A DNA stretch of 64,000 nt from Promethearchaeota archaeon. GTDB lineage: Archaea; Asgardarchaeota; Lokiarchaeia; Sigyniarchaeales; SOKP01. The translations under genes and the position numbers were made by a program. The notes under the pieces are model-generated. The model made no database searches and was not told where the DNA came from. It saw only the letters and a list, made by a program, of their open reading frames with translations. The DNA lies in assembly GCA_030599585.1 (NCBI GenBank), contig JAUVNS010000004.1:32001-96000 (forward strand), written 5' to 3'. Below, piece after piece: positions 49,766 through 60,378 of the stretch; position 1 is the first letter of the stretch, and each line of letters starts with the position of its first letter.

Positions 49766-50215
49766 ATGATTGACTCAAATACAATTTTAATGATACTGAA
49801 TTCCCTGGAATCGCCAAGGACTTCCTTTAAGGCTACGCTAGATAAATTTATTAAGGAAGCAATCAAAATCGCCAATGTATCCGAGGATTTTAAAGACGAA
49901 TTAGAATTATATGATGACATTATTTACCATCTCTACATTTATGATATAGATTATAACATCTGGATTAAGAAAAAAGGAACCTCCTTATCGTTTAATAACT
50001 CATTCTATGAAGAAAACTCAGAAAATATCGATATTCTTCATTGCATTCTTACAAGAAGTATTATGAGGAAAATTTTAATCCGAAAAATGCAGGCATCTGA
50101 TGCGTATATGAGAGGGCTGATTGAGATCAACGGTAATCTATCTGACGCCGTCCACGCAAGAAATTTATGGAAAACCTTTCTCGCTTGTATGGATTACTTG
50201 GCCGAAAAAAAGTAG
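49766..50215 (+). CDS. SCP2 lipid-binding domain protein
   Basis: DAYMRGLIEINGNLSDA C-terminal SCP2 motif. Confidence 0.75.
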   Translation: MIDSNTILMILNSLESPRTSFKATLDKFIKEAIKIANVSEDFKDELELYDDIIYHLYIYDIDYNIWIKKKGTSLSFNNSFYEENSENIDILHCILTRSIMRKILIRKMQASDAYMRGLIEINGNLSDAVHARNLWKTFLACMDYLAEKK

Positions 50216-50304
50216 TAAAAATTCTATCTTCCCCTTTAGAGTTTTAGTAAAATTATTTAGAAACATATAATTAATTATCTTAGACACGATTTTATCATTT
50301 TTAA

Positions 50305-50379
50305 GGGCCTATAATCTAGCCTGGATAGGGTACCCGCCTTCGGAGCGGGATTTCGCAGGTTCGAATCCTGCTAGGCTCA
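50305..50379 (+). tRNA. tRNA-Arg(TCG)
   Basis: GGGCCTA/TAGGCTC; CCCGC-CTTCGGA-GCGGG; GCAGG-TTCGAAT-CCTGC. Confidence 0.93.
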
Positions 50380-50469
50380 CTTTTAAATAGTGTCATTATC
50401 TTATCATTAATCTGTACAAATTTGGATAAGCTCTTAAATTGAAAGAACAATATCATTACGGTTTAAAAA

Positions 50470-51279
50470 ATGGAATGGAAATCTGATTATATTACTTACG
50501 CTGAAAACAAAATTCATTACTTTCATGGTAATGAAAATGGAAATAAAAACCCAATAATTCTCTTACATGGAGCAATGGATAATGGCTTATGCTGGTCTCC
50601 TGTGGCTCAGAAATTATCTGAAAACTATCACGTCATCATGCCCGATGCAAGAGGTCATGGTTTAACGGAAATTATCGATAATTCCTTATCGATTGATTTG
50701 ATGGCGAAGGATACTGCAATGGTAATTCAGAACCTTAAATTAGACTCCCCCCAGATAATGGGGCATTCGATGGGAGCTCAAATGACGATATTAGTCGCCT
50801 CGAAATACCCCGAATTGGTGAGTAGAATTGTATTAGAAGATCCTGCTATTAGGCTCAAAAATATTCCAAAAATAAGAAAGAGATTATTTAAATTTATAGC
50901 AAAAATAGTTGTCTCTATTTTACTTAAAGGTTCATACGAAAAATTAATAGAGAAAGGTCGCAAACGGAATCCCAAGTGGTCTGACGAGGAATTACAGCCA
51001 TGGGCGGAGTCTAAAATACTCTTTAGAGAAAATAATCCAAAAATGCTTCTGGGAATTCTTGATAATTCTCCTGATTGGAAAGACGTCATTTCAAAAATCT
51101 CGTGTCCTATTCTTTTGATTACTTCAGATAAAGGGATGACTTCAGATGAAACGGCAGGAGGTATAGTAGAATTAAGTAAAGATTGTAAATGGATCAAAAT
51201 TGAGGGCGCAGGTCATAATATCCGTCGCGAGCAGTATGAGCGATTCATGCAAGAAATTCAAGACTTTTTCGTTGCATAA
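50470..51279 (+). CDS. Alpha/beta hydrolase
   Basis: LLHG, PDARGHG, GHSMG, GAGH. Confidence 0.92.
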   Translation: MEWKSDYITYAENKIHYFHGNENGNKNPIILLHGAMDNGLCWSPVAQKLSENYHVIMPDARGHGLTEIIDNSLSIDLMAKDTAMVIQNLKLDSPQIMGHSMGAQMTILVASKYPELVSRIVLEDPAIRLKNIPKIRKRLFKFIAKIVVSILLKGSYEKLIEKGRKRNPKWSDEELQPWAESKILFRENNPKMLLGILDNSPDWKDVISKISCPILLITSDKGMTSDETAGGIVELSKDCKWIKIEGAGHNIRREQYERFMQEIQDFFVA

Positions 51280-51310
51280 CTAGTTTTTGAATAAGTCGTC
51301 AAAAAACTGT

Positions 51311-51748
51311 TCACTTAGAACCGTTTCTTTTTCTTAAATATTTTTCAAAAATGCGAAAAAGTTTTATATATCTTAGACCTTGGGAGAGAGAGCCTTCAAC
51401 CTTAATTTTTCCCTTCATAAAAGCGTCTGTACCGCTTACATCTTCTCTAAAAATTTTTATGATTAAATCCTTAGTAAGATTGATCTTAAATAACGCTTGA
51501 GGATTGACTCCTTTTTCGTAGTAAAGTCTGCCGTCTGATACTTCTAACCAATAATTAAAATCTGCATCAGTTACATATGTTTGGTAAATATCATCGTAAC
51601 CTAATAATTCTTCCTTAAGTTCTTCAGTGTTATTCATGATTTTTACGACTCCCTTAATGATTTTATCTAACGCATATTCAAATTTAACACCATTGCTCTC
51701 CAAATTTTCCAAAATCGAAATAATAGGGTTATGATTCGACATTAACAC
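51311..51748 (-). CDS. SCP2 lipid-binding domain protein
   Basis: DAFMKGKIKVEGSL. Confidence 0.85.
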   Translation of the reverse strand: MLMSNHNPIISILENLESNGVKFEYALDKIIKGVVKIMNNTEELKEELLGYDDIYQTYVTDADFNYWLEVSDGRLYYEKGVNPQALFKINLTKDLIIKIFREDVSGTDAFMKGKIKVEGSLSQGLRYIKLFRIFEKYLRKRNGSK

Positions 51749-51922
51749 AAACGAGTTGCTGTTTACCTCTACTATAAGGCCTTATTCCTATAATCTAAAA
51801 GTAATAGGACAGCTATTTATTTGTTTTTATTCAGAAAAAAGGGGACAACAATAATAAGACAGGACTTTAATTATCTTGAAAAACTACTGCGATAATAAAA
51901 AAAGGGCGAAAAATCAAAATTA

Positions 51923-52492
51923 TCAATCCTTCTTGAATCTAACATAAAAGATTCCATCGATTGGGTCTTTTTCTACTACACTAAACCCATTAGAGGTGCC
52001 TAATTTTGCGTAGTATGCTAGATCTTGCTCTTTAATCCATTTTGTAGCGTATCCCGTTGATATATTTGTATCTCTAATCTTGACTTCAAGCATAAGACCA
52101 TAAAACTCTTTTTCATCCTTATCTCGCTTTGGAATTGGGAAATCCCAAACTACGAATTGTCCACCCTTTTTTAATACTCGGTGTATCTCTTGAAAAATTA
52201 TTTGGTGGTTTTCGAGGGGAATATACATTAATGTGAAAAAAGCAGTTACCGTATCAAAGGTCCCGTCTAAAAACTTCAATTCTTTTGCATCCATAATTAT
52301 TTTTAAATAGTCTCCAGGGGGTGCTTCCTTGAGTTCGGATTCGCGACGATCGATAGCAACTACGCTTTCACCTTTTAATAGTCCGATAATTCCTTCTCCT
52401 CCACCTCCAATATCTAAAATTCTTCCCGATAATTCAACATCAGTCAGATCAATATATTGCGGATCAATGAATTTAATATCCTCTTCAGTCAT
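51923..52492 (-). CDS. Class I SAM-dependent methyltransferase
   Basis: ILDIGGGGEG, FDTVT, RVLKKGG. Confidence 0.9.
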   Translation of the reverse strand: MTEEDIKFIDPQYIDLTDVELSGRILDIGGGGEGIIGLLKGESVVAIDRRESELKEAPPGDYLKIIMDAKELKFLDGTFDTVTAFFTLMYIPLENHQIIFQEIHRVLKKGGQFVVWDFPIPKRDKDEKEFYGLMLEVKIRDTNISTGYATKWIKEQDLAYYAKLGTSNGFSVVEKDPIDGIFYVRFKKD

Positions 52493-52640
52493 ACCATATT
52501 CAATCTTTCAAACTTTTAATAATTTTATGCGAAAACAACGAGGTAAAAATGCCCTCCCTATTAATTAAATAAAATTTTTAAATCTGGTATCACTTTTTTT
52601 GTTATAGTAATATAGATTCAATCTGTTTTCTATTAAATAA

Positions 52641-52717
52641 GCCCATATAGTGTAGTACGGTTAGCATTAGGGACTGTCACTCCTTCGACCCGGGTTCAAC
52701 TCCCGGTGTGGGCGCCA
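52641..52717 (+). tRNA. tRNA-Asp(GTC), CCA encoded
   Basis: GCCCATA/TGTGGGC; AGGGA-CTGTCAC-TCCTT; CCGGG-TTCAACT-CCCGG; 3' GCCA. Confidence 0.95.
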
Positions 52718-52950
52718 TTTTTTAACCTTTAATATCAATTATGTAAAACCTGCACTTTTTATTATTGTCGAAAAACTGACAAAATTATTCAAATCGAAGC
52801 CAGAATCGCCAAAGGCTAATAAAAATTTTATGATGTTTGTAGAGAAAACGATTAAAGGTTTTTATATCAAAATATCTTATCTATATTCATAATTTAATTT
52901 AATACTGAATCAAAAAAAGAAATTAAAATTTAAAAAGAGGTTTAACAATA

Positions 52951-53385
52951 ATGGTTGATAAAGCATTATTAAAAGAAATTAAAGCAGCAATGGATGCTGG
53001 CGCTGCCGCGTCTGATGTGAAAGACACTCTAAAGGTTTACGAGCTCTTCAAGCAAGTAGCTGAAGAGAACGAAGACTTAAAAGAGGAATTAGAAGACATG
53101 GATATCACCATCCAGATGAATATAACTGACGCCGATGCTAAGTTTTGGTTAAAAGCTCACGACGGTACTTTGGAATTTGGTGAGGGAGATGTTGAAAATC
53201 CATCGTTTACATTCTCTGCCACGAAAGAAATCGGTGCTGGAATGTTATTTGGCGAAGTTGACGCCACTAGCGCTTATATGGCCGGTGACATCACTGTAGA
53301 AGGTAATTTACAAGACGCTATGGCATTTCAGGAGATTATTGAACTTGCCTTAGAAGCTCTTGAAGATATGTTTGAAGAACTATAA
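52951..53385 (+). CDS. Acidic SCP2 domain protein, paralog 1
   Basis: GEVDATSAYMAGDITVEGNLQDA. Confidence 0.9.
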   Translation: MVDKALLKEIKAAMDAGAAASDVKDTLKVYELFKQVAEENEDLKEELEDMDITIQMNITDADAKFWLKAHDGTLEFGEGDVENPSFTFSATKEIGAGMLFGEVDATSAYMAGDITVEGNLQDAMAFQEIIELALEALEDMFEEL

Positions 53386-53677
53386 AAATCCAACATTTCC
53401 TTCAATCTTATACCAAAATCTACTTTTTCTTTTATATTTTTTTTTTTTTTCCTACTATGTGTTAACTTAAAATTGGCAAATTTACCCTTTGAAATGCGAC
53501 AAATTTTGTAAACTAATTCTGTGCTAAACTGCTATACATTCGGATTTCGCACTATAAATAATAAGAGAAATAAAACCTTTTTATATAGTAAAGAGTTATA
53601 CATTATAGTATTTGTTTAATCGATCAAAATCATAAATAAAATACTAAACCAAAAAAGTAAAAAAAAGGTTAAAAATC

Positions 53678-54112
53678 ATGGTTGATGAAGCATTAATAAA
53701 AGAAATGAAAGGAAAATTTGACGCCGGAGCAGCTGCCTCGGACGTAATGGATTCGTTAAAAGTATTCGAGTTATTCAAACAGATTGCTGTAGAGAACGAA
53801 GACTTGAAGGAAGAGTTAGAAGACATGGATATTACGATCCAAATGTTAATTACGGACGAAGATAAAAAGTTTTGGTTAAAGGCAAAAGAAGGTACTCTAG
53901 AATACGGCGAAGGTGACGTAGAAAATCCATCGTTCACATTCTCCGCTACAAAAGAAGTAGGTTCTGGTATGTTATTCGGCGAAGTTGACGCAACTAGCGC
54001 TTACATGGCTGGTGACATTACCGTTGAAGGTAATCTTCAAGATGCAATGGCCTTTCAAGAGATTATTGAATTAGCTTTAGAAGCGTACGAAGATTTAGCT
54101 GAAGATTTATAA
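53678..54112 (+). CDS. Acidic SCP2 domain protein, paralog 2 (tandem duplicate)
   Basis: Same length (144 aa) and largely identical to 52951-53385. Confidence 0.9.
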   Translation: MVDEALIKEMKGKFDAGAAASDVMDSLKVFELFKQIAVENEDLKEELEDMDITIQMLITDEDKKFWLKAKEGTLEYGEGDVENPSFTFSATKEVGSGMLFGEVDATSAYMAGDITVEGNLQDAMAFQEIIELALEAYEDLAEDL

Positions 54113-54193
54113 AAAGGCTATAATCTAATCACTATAAAACCTTACGCGAAATCATTATCTATTTTTTTTTATATTTTAATTCTTTTAATAAAT

Positions 54194-55456
54194 TTAATTT
54201 CTATTCTCTCTAGCTTCAACTTTAAAGATTTTATCATTTTTTTTTACCGGTTTATCGACTAGAATACCCATTGTTAATCGGTCGTTTTTTGTTTTTACTC
54301 GAGGTGTTTCTGTTAAGTGTTTTTTTTGCTTTATTTGTAATGAGGTAATTTTTTGTCGCAAATATGTATCCGTATGCGTGCCAATTATGAATATTTCATC
54401 ATCTAATTTTAAGCTTCCTTTTGTTAACAAGATTTTCGCTGCTTTTTTATCGGGAAAGTAAGAGAGTACTTTTCCAATTTCCACTTTTTTAAAATCGGAA
54501 ATGTTACCGTCATGTTCTCTTTGAATTTCGCTGCCCTTAGGTAGCCCAAAGTAAAAACCTGTTGAAAATCCTCGGTTATAAACTTTATTTAAACGTTTTA
54601 ACCATTCAATGACTTTCTCTTGTGTAAAAGTCTTCTCGTAGTAAGCATCAATCGCTTCTTTATAGCACGAAGTCGTTTCTTCTACGTATATTGGGTCCCG
54701 CATTCGACCTTCGATTTTAAAAGCGTCAATACCGGCTTCAATTAATTGAGGGATATATTTTATCATGCATAAGTCTTTGGCATTAATGAAAAAAGCGCCA
54801 TCGTAGAGGAATTCGTTTGATTGGTCGTCGATTACTCGCCACCTTCTCCTACATGGCTGAACGCATCTACCTCTATTAGCTGAATATTCTTGAGATTCAC
54901 AAACTTCAGCCGAAAAGTAACATCGGCCTGAAATAGACGTACATTGTGCTCCATGAACAAATATTTCAATTTCAGCCTTGTGAATTTTACTTTTTATATC
55001 TTTGATTTGATTCAAGGATAACTCTCTAGCAAGAATTAGCCGTTCCGCTCCTAAATTTTCGTAAAATTGGGCTGTTCGAGAGTTTGAAATATTTGCTTGA
55101 GTTGAGATGTGGAAAGATAATCCCTTTTCTTTAATCAACTCAATTACTCCAATGTCGTGAACAATGATAGCATCTACATTTGCTTTAGCGGCAGTATCTA
55201 AGACTTTGTCAAGAAGGTCAAATTCGTTTTCATACATGACTACATTCGTGGTCATGTAAGCTTTAATCTTGTTTTGGTGACATTTTTTCACTATGTTTTC
55301 TAAATCTTCGAGTCTGAAATTATCGCTAAACATTCTCATGTTAAAGGCTTCAACACCGAAATAAACTGCGTCAGCTTTACCCTGAACTGCGTTTAATGAT
55401 TTGGCATTCTTGAGTGGTGCCATTAGTTCTACTTTTTTTTGTTTGATTTCTAGCAT
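54194..55456 (-). CDS. U32 'peptidase' family Fe-S hydroxylase (TrhP/RlhA/UbiU-like)
   Basis: ADAVYFG, HISTQAN, ILARELS, HGAQC.SISGRC...NRGRCVQPCR, FKIEGR. Confidence 0.9.
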   Translation of the reverse strand: MLEIKQKKVELMAPLKNAKSLNAVQGKADAVYFGVEAFNMRMFSDNFRLEDLENIVKKCHQNKIKAYMTTNVVMYENEFDLLDKVLDTAAKANVDAIIVHDIGVIELIKEKGLSFHISTQANISNSRTAQFYENLGAERLILARELSLNQIKDIKSKIHKAEIEIFVHGAQCTSISGRCYFSAEVCESQEYSANRGRCVQPCRRRWRVIDDQSNEFLYDGAFFINAKDLCMIKYIPQLIEAGIDAFKIEGRMRDPIYVEETTSCYKEAIDAYYEKTFTQEKVIEWLKRLNKVYNRGFSTGFYFGLPKGSEIQREHDGNISDFKKVEIGKVLSYFPDKKAAKILLTKGSLKLDDEIFIIGTHTDTYLRQKITSLQIKQKKHLTETPRVKTKNDRLTMGILVDKPVKKNDKIFKVEARENRN

Positions 55457-55564
55457 TTTATTGTTATGAACAGTTACAATATACTAATTGAAATTAGAAT
55501 TAAATTAATTTACACTCTATAAAAATAAATGATAAAAAGAATAAAAAAAAATTGCTTGTATTTA

Positions 55565-57283
55565 TTAAAGAACGGTAAACCATAGATAGAAGAGGAAAGC
55601 GCCGATTATAAAGAACAGTACTGCTGAAATGTAAGTCATGTGCTTTGAATAATTACGGAAGCTTTTACCAGATTCTGTCCAAATTTTATCTACTTGAAAG
55701 TATGGGTTTGGACCTCGTCTGTACCACCCTTGAATTCTTACTTTTTGTCCTACTAATTGATCTGCTCTCCTGAGTGCCCACCAGAAATCCATAAGCCTAA
55801 ACCCAAATCGGTAATCGATGTACATTAAGCCAGTATTGTCTTGAAAGTATAAGTCTTCCGACAACCAATATCCTGCTATACCTTTCCCTACGATTACACC
55901 TTCAATAATGGATGGTTTGGGACGTACTGGAGATACATTTATTGTAGTAATTAATTCTACGACGTTGTTAGGCTCAAATCCGCTCCGGTACATAAAAGAT
56001 GTTCTACCAATAACACCAATTCCCATAACGAAAAATCCGATAGCCCACAGAAGGATTATGTTATTTATTGTAGTTAAAGTTCCAATGGGCAAAAAACCTA
56101 AAAATCCGAATATCCATACAGCTGAAAAGGCGATTAATATTACAAATACTATGGTCGGCAATTTGCTTACGAAAAGATCGGTTATAAATTCACCCGCCAT
56201 TGATTTGCCTTCCTGATATTCTTTGATTTTTCTTGCTTCGGAGAAATCGTATTCAATAGGAACTCCATATGTTGCACATTGTTCGTTTAATCGTTGAATT
56301 CTTTTTGCAGGTAATGGAAGTGTGCTGAAAGTTTGGAAGTATTTCGCCCATGGATTAAAGAGATCCCATCCTGCTGCTGCTTCAACTGCGTATTTTGATA
56401 ATTTACCGTTGCTATCCATAGTTTGGACAGCTAAATCTCTAGCCTTCTTTGGATCAAAAATCCCTAAACCTCGTAGTCCTCTCATACTAGATTTTTGTTT
56501 CTCCTTAATTTCAGCTTCAGTGCCGCTTGCGAGCAGACCGTAAGCGATTTTGATGAGCGCAGTTGATAAATAATTTGGATTTTCGGTTAATTCCGCGGCA
56601 TGTTGATCAGCGAAATATTCACGAATTCGACTCACGACCAGTGATATTAAGTAGCCGATGTAATAAGATATGTAAGAAACTACAGCTACAACAATTAAAG
56701 CTATAGCAATATAACTTCCTGCGTCGTCGTCTTTAGAGCGTCTAAAACCTGAAAAACGTACAGCATAGAAAGACCACCTTGCTATCGTTAACAATATTAA
56801 AGGAATTGCAAATACTACCGTCATTAAAATGAAATCATTATGTACGATGTGACCTAACTCGTGAGCTACCACTGCTCTTTGCTCGTTCTCGTCTAAGTAA
56901 TGAAAGATGCCATCCGTAATTACTATTTTTGCGGTATTCTTAGACCACCCATATGAAAAAGTTTGAGGGTTAAAGTCGTGAATTATTCCCATTCTTGGGG
57001 GTTTAATTTCCCTGATTGCCACAACCTTGTCTACTGCGTCAGCTAAATGAGGGTATTTATATGTGAAATCCTCATACTCCATCCATTCGATTCTATACAT
57101 CCAATTAATAAATACAGGACCCATACCATATTGAAATAAAACTATTAGAATCGTTAAAGCAATCATTATTAACAATCCAAAAAGATTGCCTGGTAAAAAC
57201 CAAACTCCGATAGTAAAAACTACTGCATAGATAAGTGCAAATAGAAACATTATTGCAAGGGTAGATGCTAATTTTAATCCCAT
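55565..57283 (-). CDS. HtpX-like M48 metalloprotease with C-terminal TM + OB-fold-like extension
   Basis: AHELGH, SRIREYFAD, LSTALIKI; about 200 extra C-terminal residues. Confidence 0.88.
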   Translation of the reverse strand: MGLKLASTLAIMFLFALIYAVVFTIGVWFLPGNLFGLLIMIALTILIVLFQYGMGPVFINWMYRIEWMEYEDFTYKYPHLADAVDKVVAIREIKPPRMGIIHDFNPQTFSYGWSKNTAKIVITDGIFHYLDENEQRAVVAHELGHIVHNDFILMTVVFAIPLILLTIARWSFYAVRFSGFRRSKDDDAGSYIAIALIVVAVVSYISYYIGYLISLVVSRIREYFADQHAAELTENPNYLSTALIKIAYGLLASGTEAEIKEKQKSSMRGLRGLGIFDPKKARDLAVQTMDSNGKLSKYAVEAAAGWDLFNPWAKYFQTFSTLPLPAKRIQRLNEQCATYGVPIEYDFSEARKIKEYQEGKSMAGEFITDLFVSKLPTIVFVILIAFSAVWIFGFLGFLPIGTLTTINNIILLWAIGFFVMGIGVIGRTSFMYRSGFEPNNVVELITTINVSPVRPKPSIIEGVIVGKGIAGYWLSEDLYFQDNTGLMYIDYRFGFRLMDFWWALRRADQLVGQKVRIQGWYRRGPNPYFQVDKIWTESGKSFRNYSKHMTYISAVLFFIIGAFLFYLWFTVL

Positions 57284-57487
57284 TTTTAATCTCTCAATGT
57301 TTAGTTAATATTTTTAAAATTTTTGATAGGTTTTCTAATTGTTAAATTACATGCAGTTCTTAATAAATAATTTTATCTATTAGAATTTGAAAGTGCTGCA
57401 TTTTTGGACAGATTTCGAAAAGAATAAAATAGATTATTTTATTGTTACTTCAACTAAATTTTCAATTATCGTTTAGGTGGTTCTACT

Positions 57488-58123
57488 ATAGATGCTAAGC
57501 TGAAGCTTTTATGCGAAGCAACCGACAATCTTATAAAACAACAGTTTTATCAGAGCGGTAACGATGTTATCGTAGGGAGAACGCCAGAAATTTCAATCAA
57601 AATAAAGAACTCGGGTCAAATTATTAAGAAATATGAGAATATATTTAACGAAAACCTTCATTATTTCTTAGAGGGTCAATACATGGATTTTTTTAAGCCT
57701 TTTATGAAAATAAAAGGAATAGATGAGAATCACATACGCGAAATATATCAAGACATTCAAATTAAACTGGCGGCAATGCATGGTACCGAATTTGATGTTG
57801 TACTTATGTATACCATCGTCGTTAGTTCATTGACAACAAGTATCCGAGAGATTCAGTTTAATTATTCACTCCAAGATATTATTGTGAGAGCGAAGAAACA
57901 TTCTGCTAACTTGAGTAAAAAACAAATTCAGGGCGAATTAGAAAAACTTTTTATGCGTAATAATAAAAATGTGTCGATATTGTACAACTTATCCTATATT
58001 GATGCTTTAGCAGAGTCATTTAACTATTTAAAAACAGCTCGTATCTGTAAAATTCAAAAGAGTAAATATATTAACCGTATTGTGGATATAATAGTGAAAT
58101 CAAACGATAAAATCTCTAAATAG
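57488..58123 (+). CDS. Hypothetical protein (probable ATA start at 57488; track uses ATG 57683)
   Basis: Frame open for 65 codons upstream of the ATG; AGGTGG 7 nt before the ATA. Confidence 0.6.
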   Translation: MDAKLKLLCEATDNLIKQQFYQSGNDVIVGRTPEISIKIKNSGQIIKKYENIFNENLHYFLEGQYMDFFKPFMKIKGIDENHIREIYQDIQIKLAAMHGTEFDVVLMYTIVVSSLTTSIREIQFNYSLQDIIVRAKKHSANLSKKQIQGELEKLFMRNNKNVSILYNLSYIDALAESFNYLKTARICKIQKSKYINRIVDIIVKSNDKISK

Positions 58124-58138
58124 AATAGGTGTCAATAT

Positions 58139-58993
58139 ATTCTAATTACGGAATTCCATCAATTTTATAAAAAGAAAGGATTAAACCAAGAAGTCGTAAA
58201 AACGTTTCAATCTTTTATTTTTGCATATTTCAAGCAATCCGGACGAGACTTTCCTTTTAGGAAAGACATTACTCCTTATAATGTGCTTGTTTCAGAAATG
58301 ATGCTGCAACAAACTCAAACTAATAGGGTCAGCGAAAAATTCCAAGAATTCATTAAGAAATTTCCTGATTTTAAGACACTGGATAATGCGCCTCTTAACG
58401 AAATTCTCCAACTTTGGCAAGGGTTAGGCTATAATCGTAGAGCTGTCGCTCTCAAAAAGATAGCTGAAAAGGTAGTGAACGAATTTGATTGTATATTACC
58501 TGCTGATGTTGAAATATTGAAATCGTTTCCTCAAATTGGTCATAATACAGCCTCTTCAATAGTTGCTTTTGCGTTTAATTTACCTACCTTTTTTATTGAG
58601 GTAAATATCAGACGCGTTTATATTTATTTCTTTTTTCCTGGTAAATCTTTAATTAATGACAAAGATATCATGCCACTTGTACGAAAAACACTAGAACTTT
58701 CTAATGTGCGTAATTGGTATTATGCTCTTATGGATTACGGAGTTATGCTAAAAAAAACACATCCCGAATTGAACAAAAGGAGCGCCCATTATCGAAAACA
58801 GTCAAAGTTTAAAGGATCGAACAGGGAATTAAGGGGTAAGATTTTAAAGCTCATAATCGAAAGAAAACTTTTAACCGAAGCTGAGATTCTTAAGTATTTG
58901 CGTAGTGAACCTAAAAAAGTAGGATTAATATTAAATCAATTAACACAAGAAGGTTTCATTAATCGTAATGAGGATGGATATTTCATAGCTTAA
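58139..58993 (+). CDS. mutY: MutY-like HhH-GPD adenine glycosylase (probable ATT start at 58139)
   Basis: Upstream in-frame FQ...GRDFPFRKDITPYNVLVSEMMLQQT; WQGLGYNRRA; QSKFKGSNRELRG; in-frame TAG at 58121. Confidence 0.85.
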   Translation: MLITEFHQFYKKKGLNQEVVKTFQSFIFAYFKQSGRDFPFRKDITPYNVLVSEMMLQQTQTNRVSEKFQEFIKKFPDFKTLDNAPLNEILQLWQGLGYNRRAVALKKIAEKVVNEFDCILPADVEILKSFPQIGHNTASSIVAFAFNLPTFFIEVNIRRVYIYFFFPGKSLINDKDIMPLVRKTLELSNVRNWYYALMDYGVMLKKTHPELNKRSAHYRKQSKFKGSNRELRGKILKLIIERKLLTEAEILKYLRSEPKKVGLILNQLTQEGFINRNEDGYFIA

Positions 58994-60276
58994 TTCATTT
59001 TCTTTAAGTATTTAGAAATTTCCTTTGCGAGTTTTTCTTGTTTCTTCCATTCACCATAAGCTAGGCCTTGTGAACTTAATTTTGAAATTGTTTTTATTAT
59101 TTTCTCGTCAACATCTTTAACATCTTCGTAGGCAAATTTTGTAAGTGGCAAAGGCATGAATGTGTGGGAATGAATTTTTGCTCCCAAGTCCGATATTTTA
59201 TACATAAAATCTATAGTAAGATCGATATCTTCTTCTGTTTCATTTGGTAGGTTGAAAATAAAATCTACATTTGGGGTAAGTCCTGCTTCTAATGTTAATT
59301 TAACTGCATTATAGACATCATTAGTGGAGTGACCTCTGTTGCATGAATTTAATACCTTTTGACTTCCAGATTGGGCTCCTAATACGATATTATCGTTGGA
59401 GGCATATTTTAGTACTAATCCTAACGATTCTTTTGTTACATGCTCGGGACGAACTTCTGACGGGAAGGATCCAAGGTAAATCTTTCCTTTCGGTTTTATT
59501 ATATTTGTTATTTCGATCAGCAAATTTTCTAAAAGAGGTAATTTAAGTGATTTCCCATCAGGTGAGCCGTAAGAAAACGCATTTGGAGTTATAAATCTAA
59601 TATCTGTTTTACCGTAAGTTTTCATGAAACTAACTGCACTACAAATTGATTTGATACTTCTATGTCTGGGGCGCGTCCCTAAAAGATAAGGCGTTTGACA
59701 AAAATAGCAAGCAAAAGGACATCCTCTCGTTATTTCAATAGCTCCAAATTTTACATTTTTGATCGGAAGAGGAGGATACTTATCCAGATCGATCCATCTT
59801 CTCTTTTTTGATGTAATTAAAATTTTATCTTTATTAAAATAAGCGATACCCCTAATTGCATCAAAATTTTTATTATTTTTAACATTACAAAGAATCTCAA
59901 TTAATGTTTCTTCTCCTTCCCCTACTACAACTATATCAAATCCCATTTTAAGAGTTCCTTTTGGATCCCCAGTTGGATGTGGCCCTCCTGCAATAAATAA
60001 AACTCTTTCTTTATATTTAGCTCGTAATAGTTGAAGTAAATCATTAATTTCCCATAATTGTGTTGTGAAAAAGGAGATGCCTAACACTACTTTTTGGTGA
60101 TTTTCACAAATTCTTTCCAATTCTTTATCCAGATTCTCAGAACCCCTAACAAAGTATAGCTTAACATCTTCCAATTCTTCCACTGTTTCTAATGCTCCTA
60201 TTAAAGCATTGAAACTGTAAATATTTTTTTTTTGATAAAAGACAACAAATGCTATTTTTTTACTCAAAGCTAACAC
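58990..60276 (-). CDS. B12-binding domain radical SAM protein (TIGR04013-like)
   Basis: AGGPHPTG, GEGE, EITRGCPFACYFCQT, GSFPSEVRP. Confidence 0.9.
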   Translation of the reverse strand: MLALSKKIAFVVFYQKKNIYSFNALIGALETVEELEDVKLYFVRGSENLDKELERICENHQKVVLGISFFTTQLWEINDLLQLLRAKYKERVLFIAGGPHPTGDPKGTLKMGFDIVVVGEGEETLIEILCNVKNNKNFDAIRGIAYFNKDKILITSKKRRWIDLDKYPPLPIKNVKFGAIEITRGCPFACYFCQTPYLLGTRPRHRSIKSICSAVSFMKTYGKTDIRFITPNAFSYGSPDGKSLKLPLLENLLIEITNIIKPKGKIYLGSFPSEVRPEHVTKESLGLVLKYASNDNIVLGAQSGSQKVLNSCNRGHSTNDVYNAVKLTLEAGLTPNVDFIFNLPNETEEDIDLTIDFMYKISDLGAKIHSHTFMPLPLTKFAYEDVKDVDEKIIKTISKLSSQGLAYGEWKKQEKLAKEISKYLKKMN

Positions 60277-60378
60277 ATAATAATATGATACTTGATTTTA
60301 TATTTAGAATAAAGAATCTATCATAAAATAAAATTATATTACATAACCAGACTAATAAAAATTAAAAGTGAGTACAAT

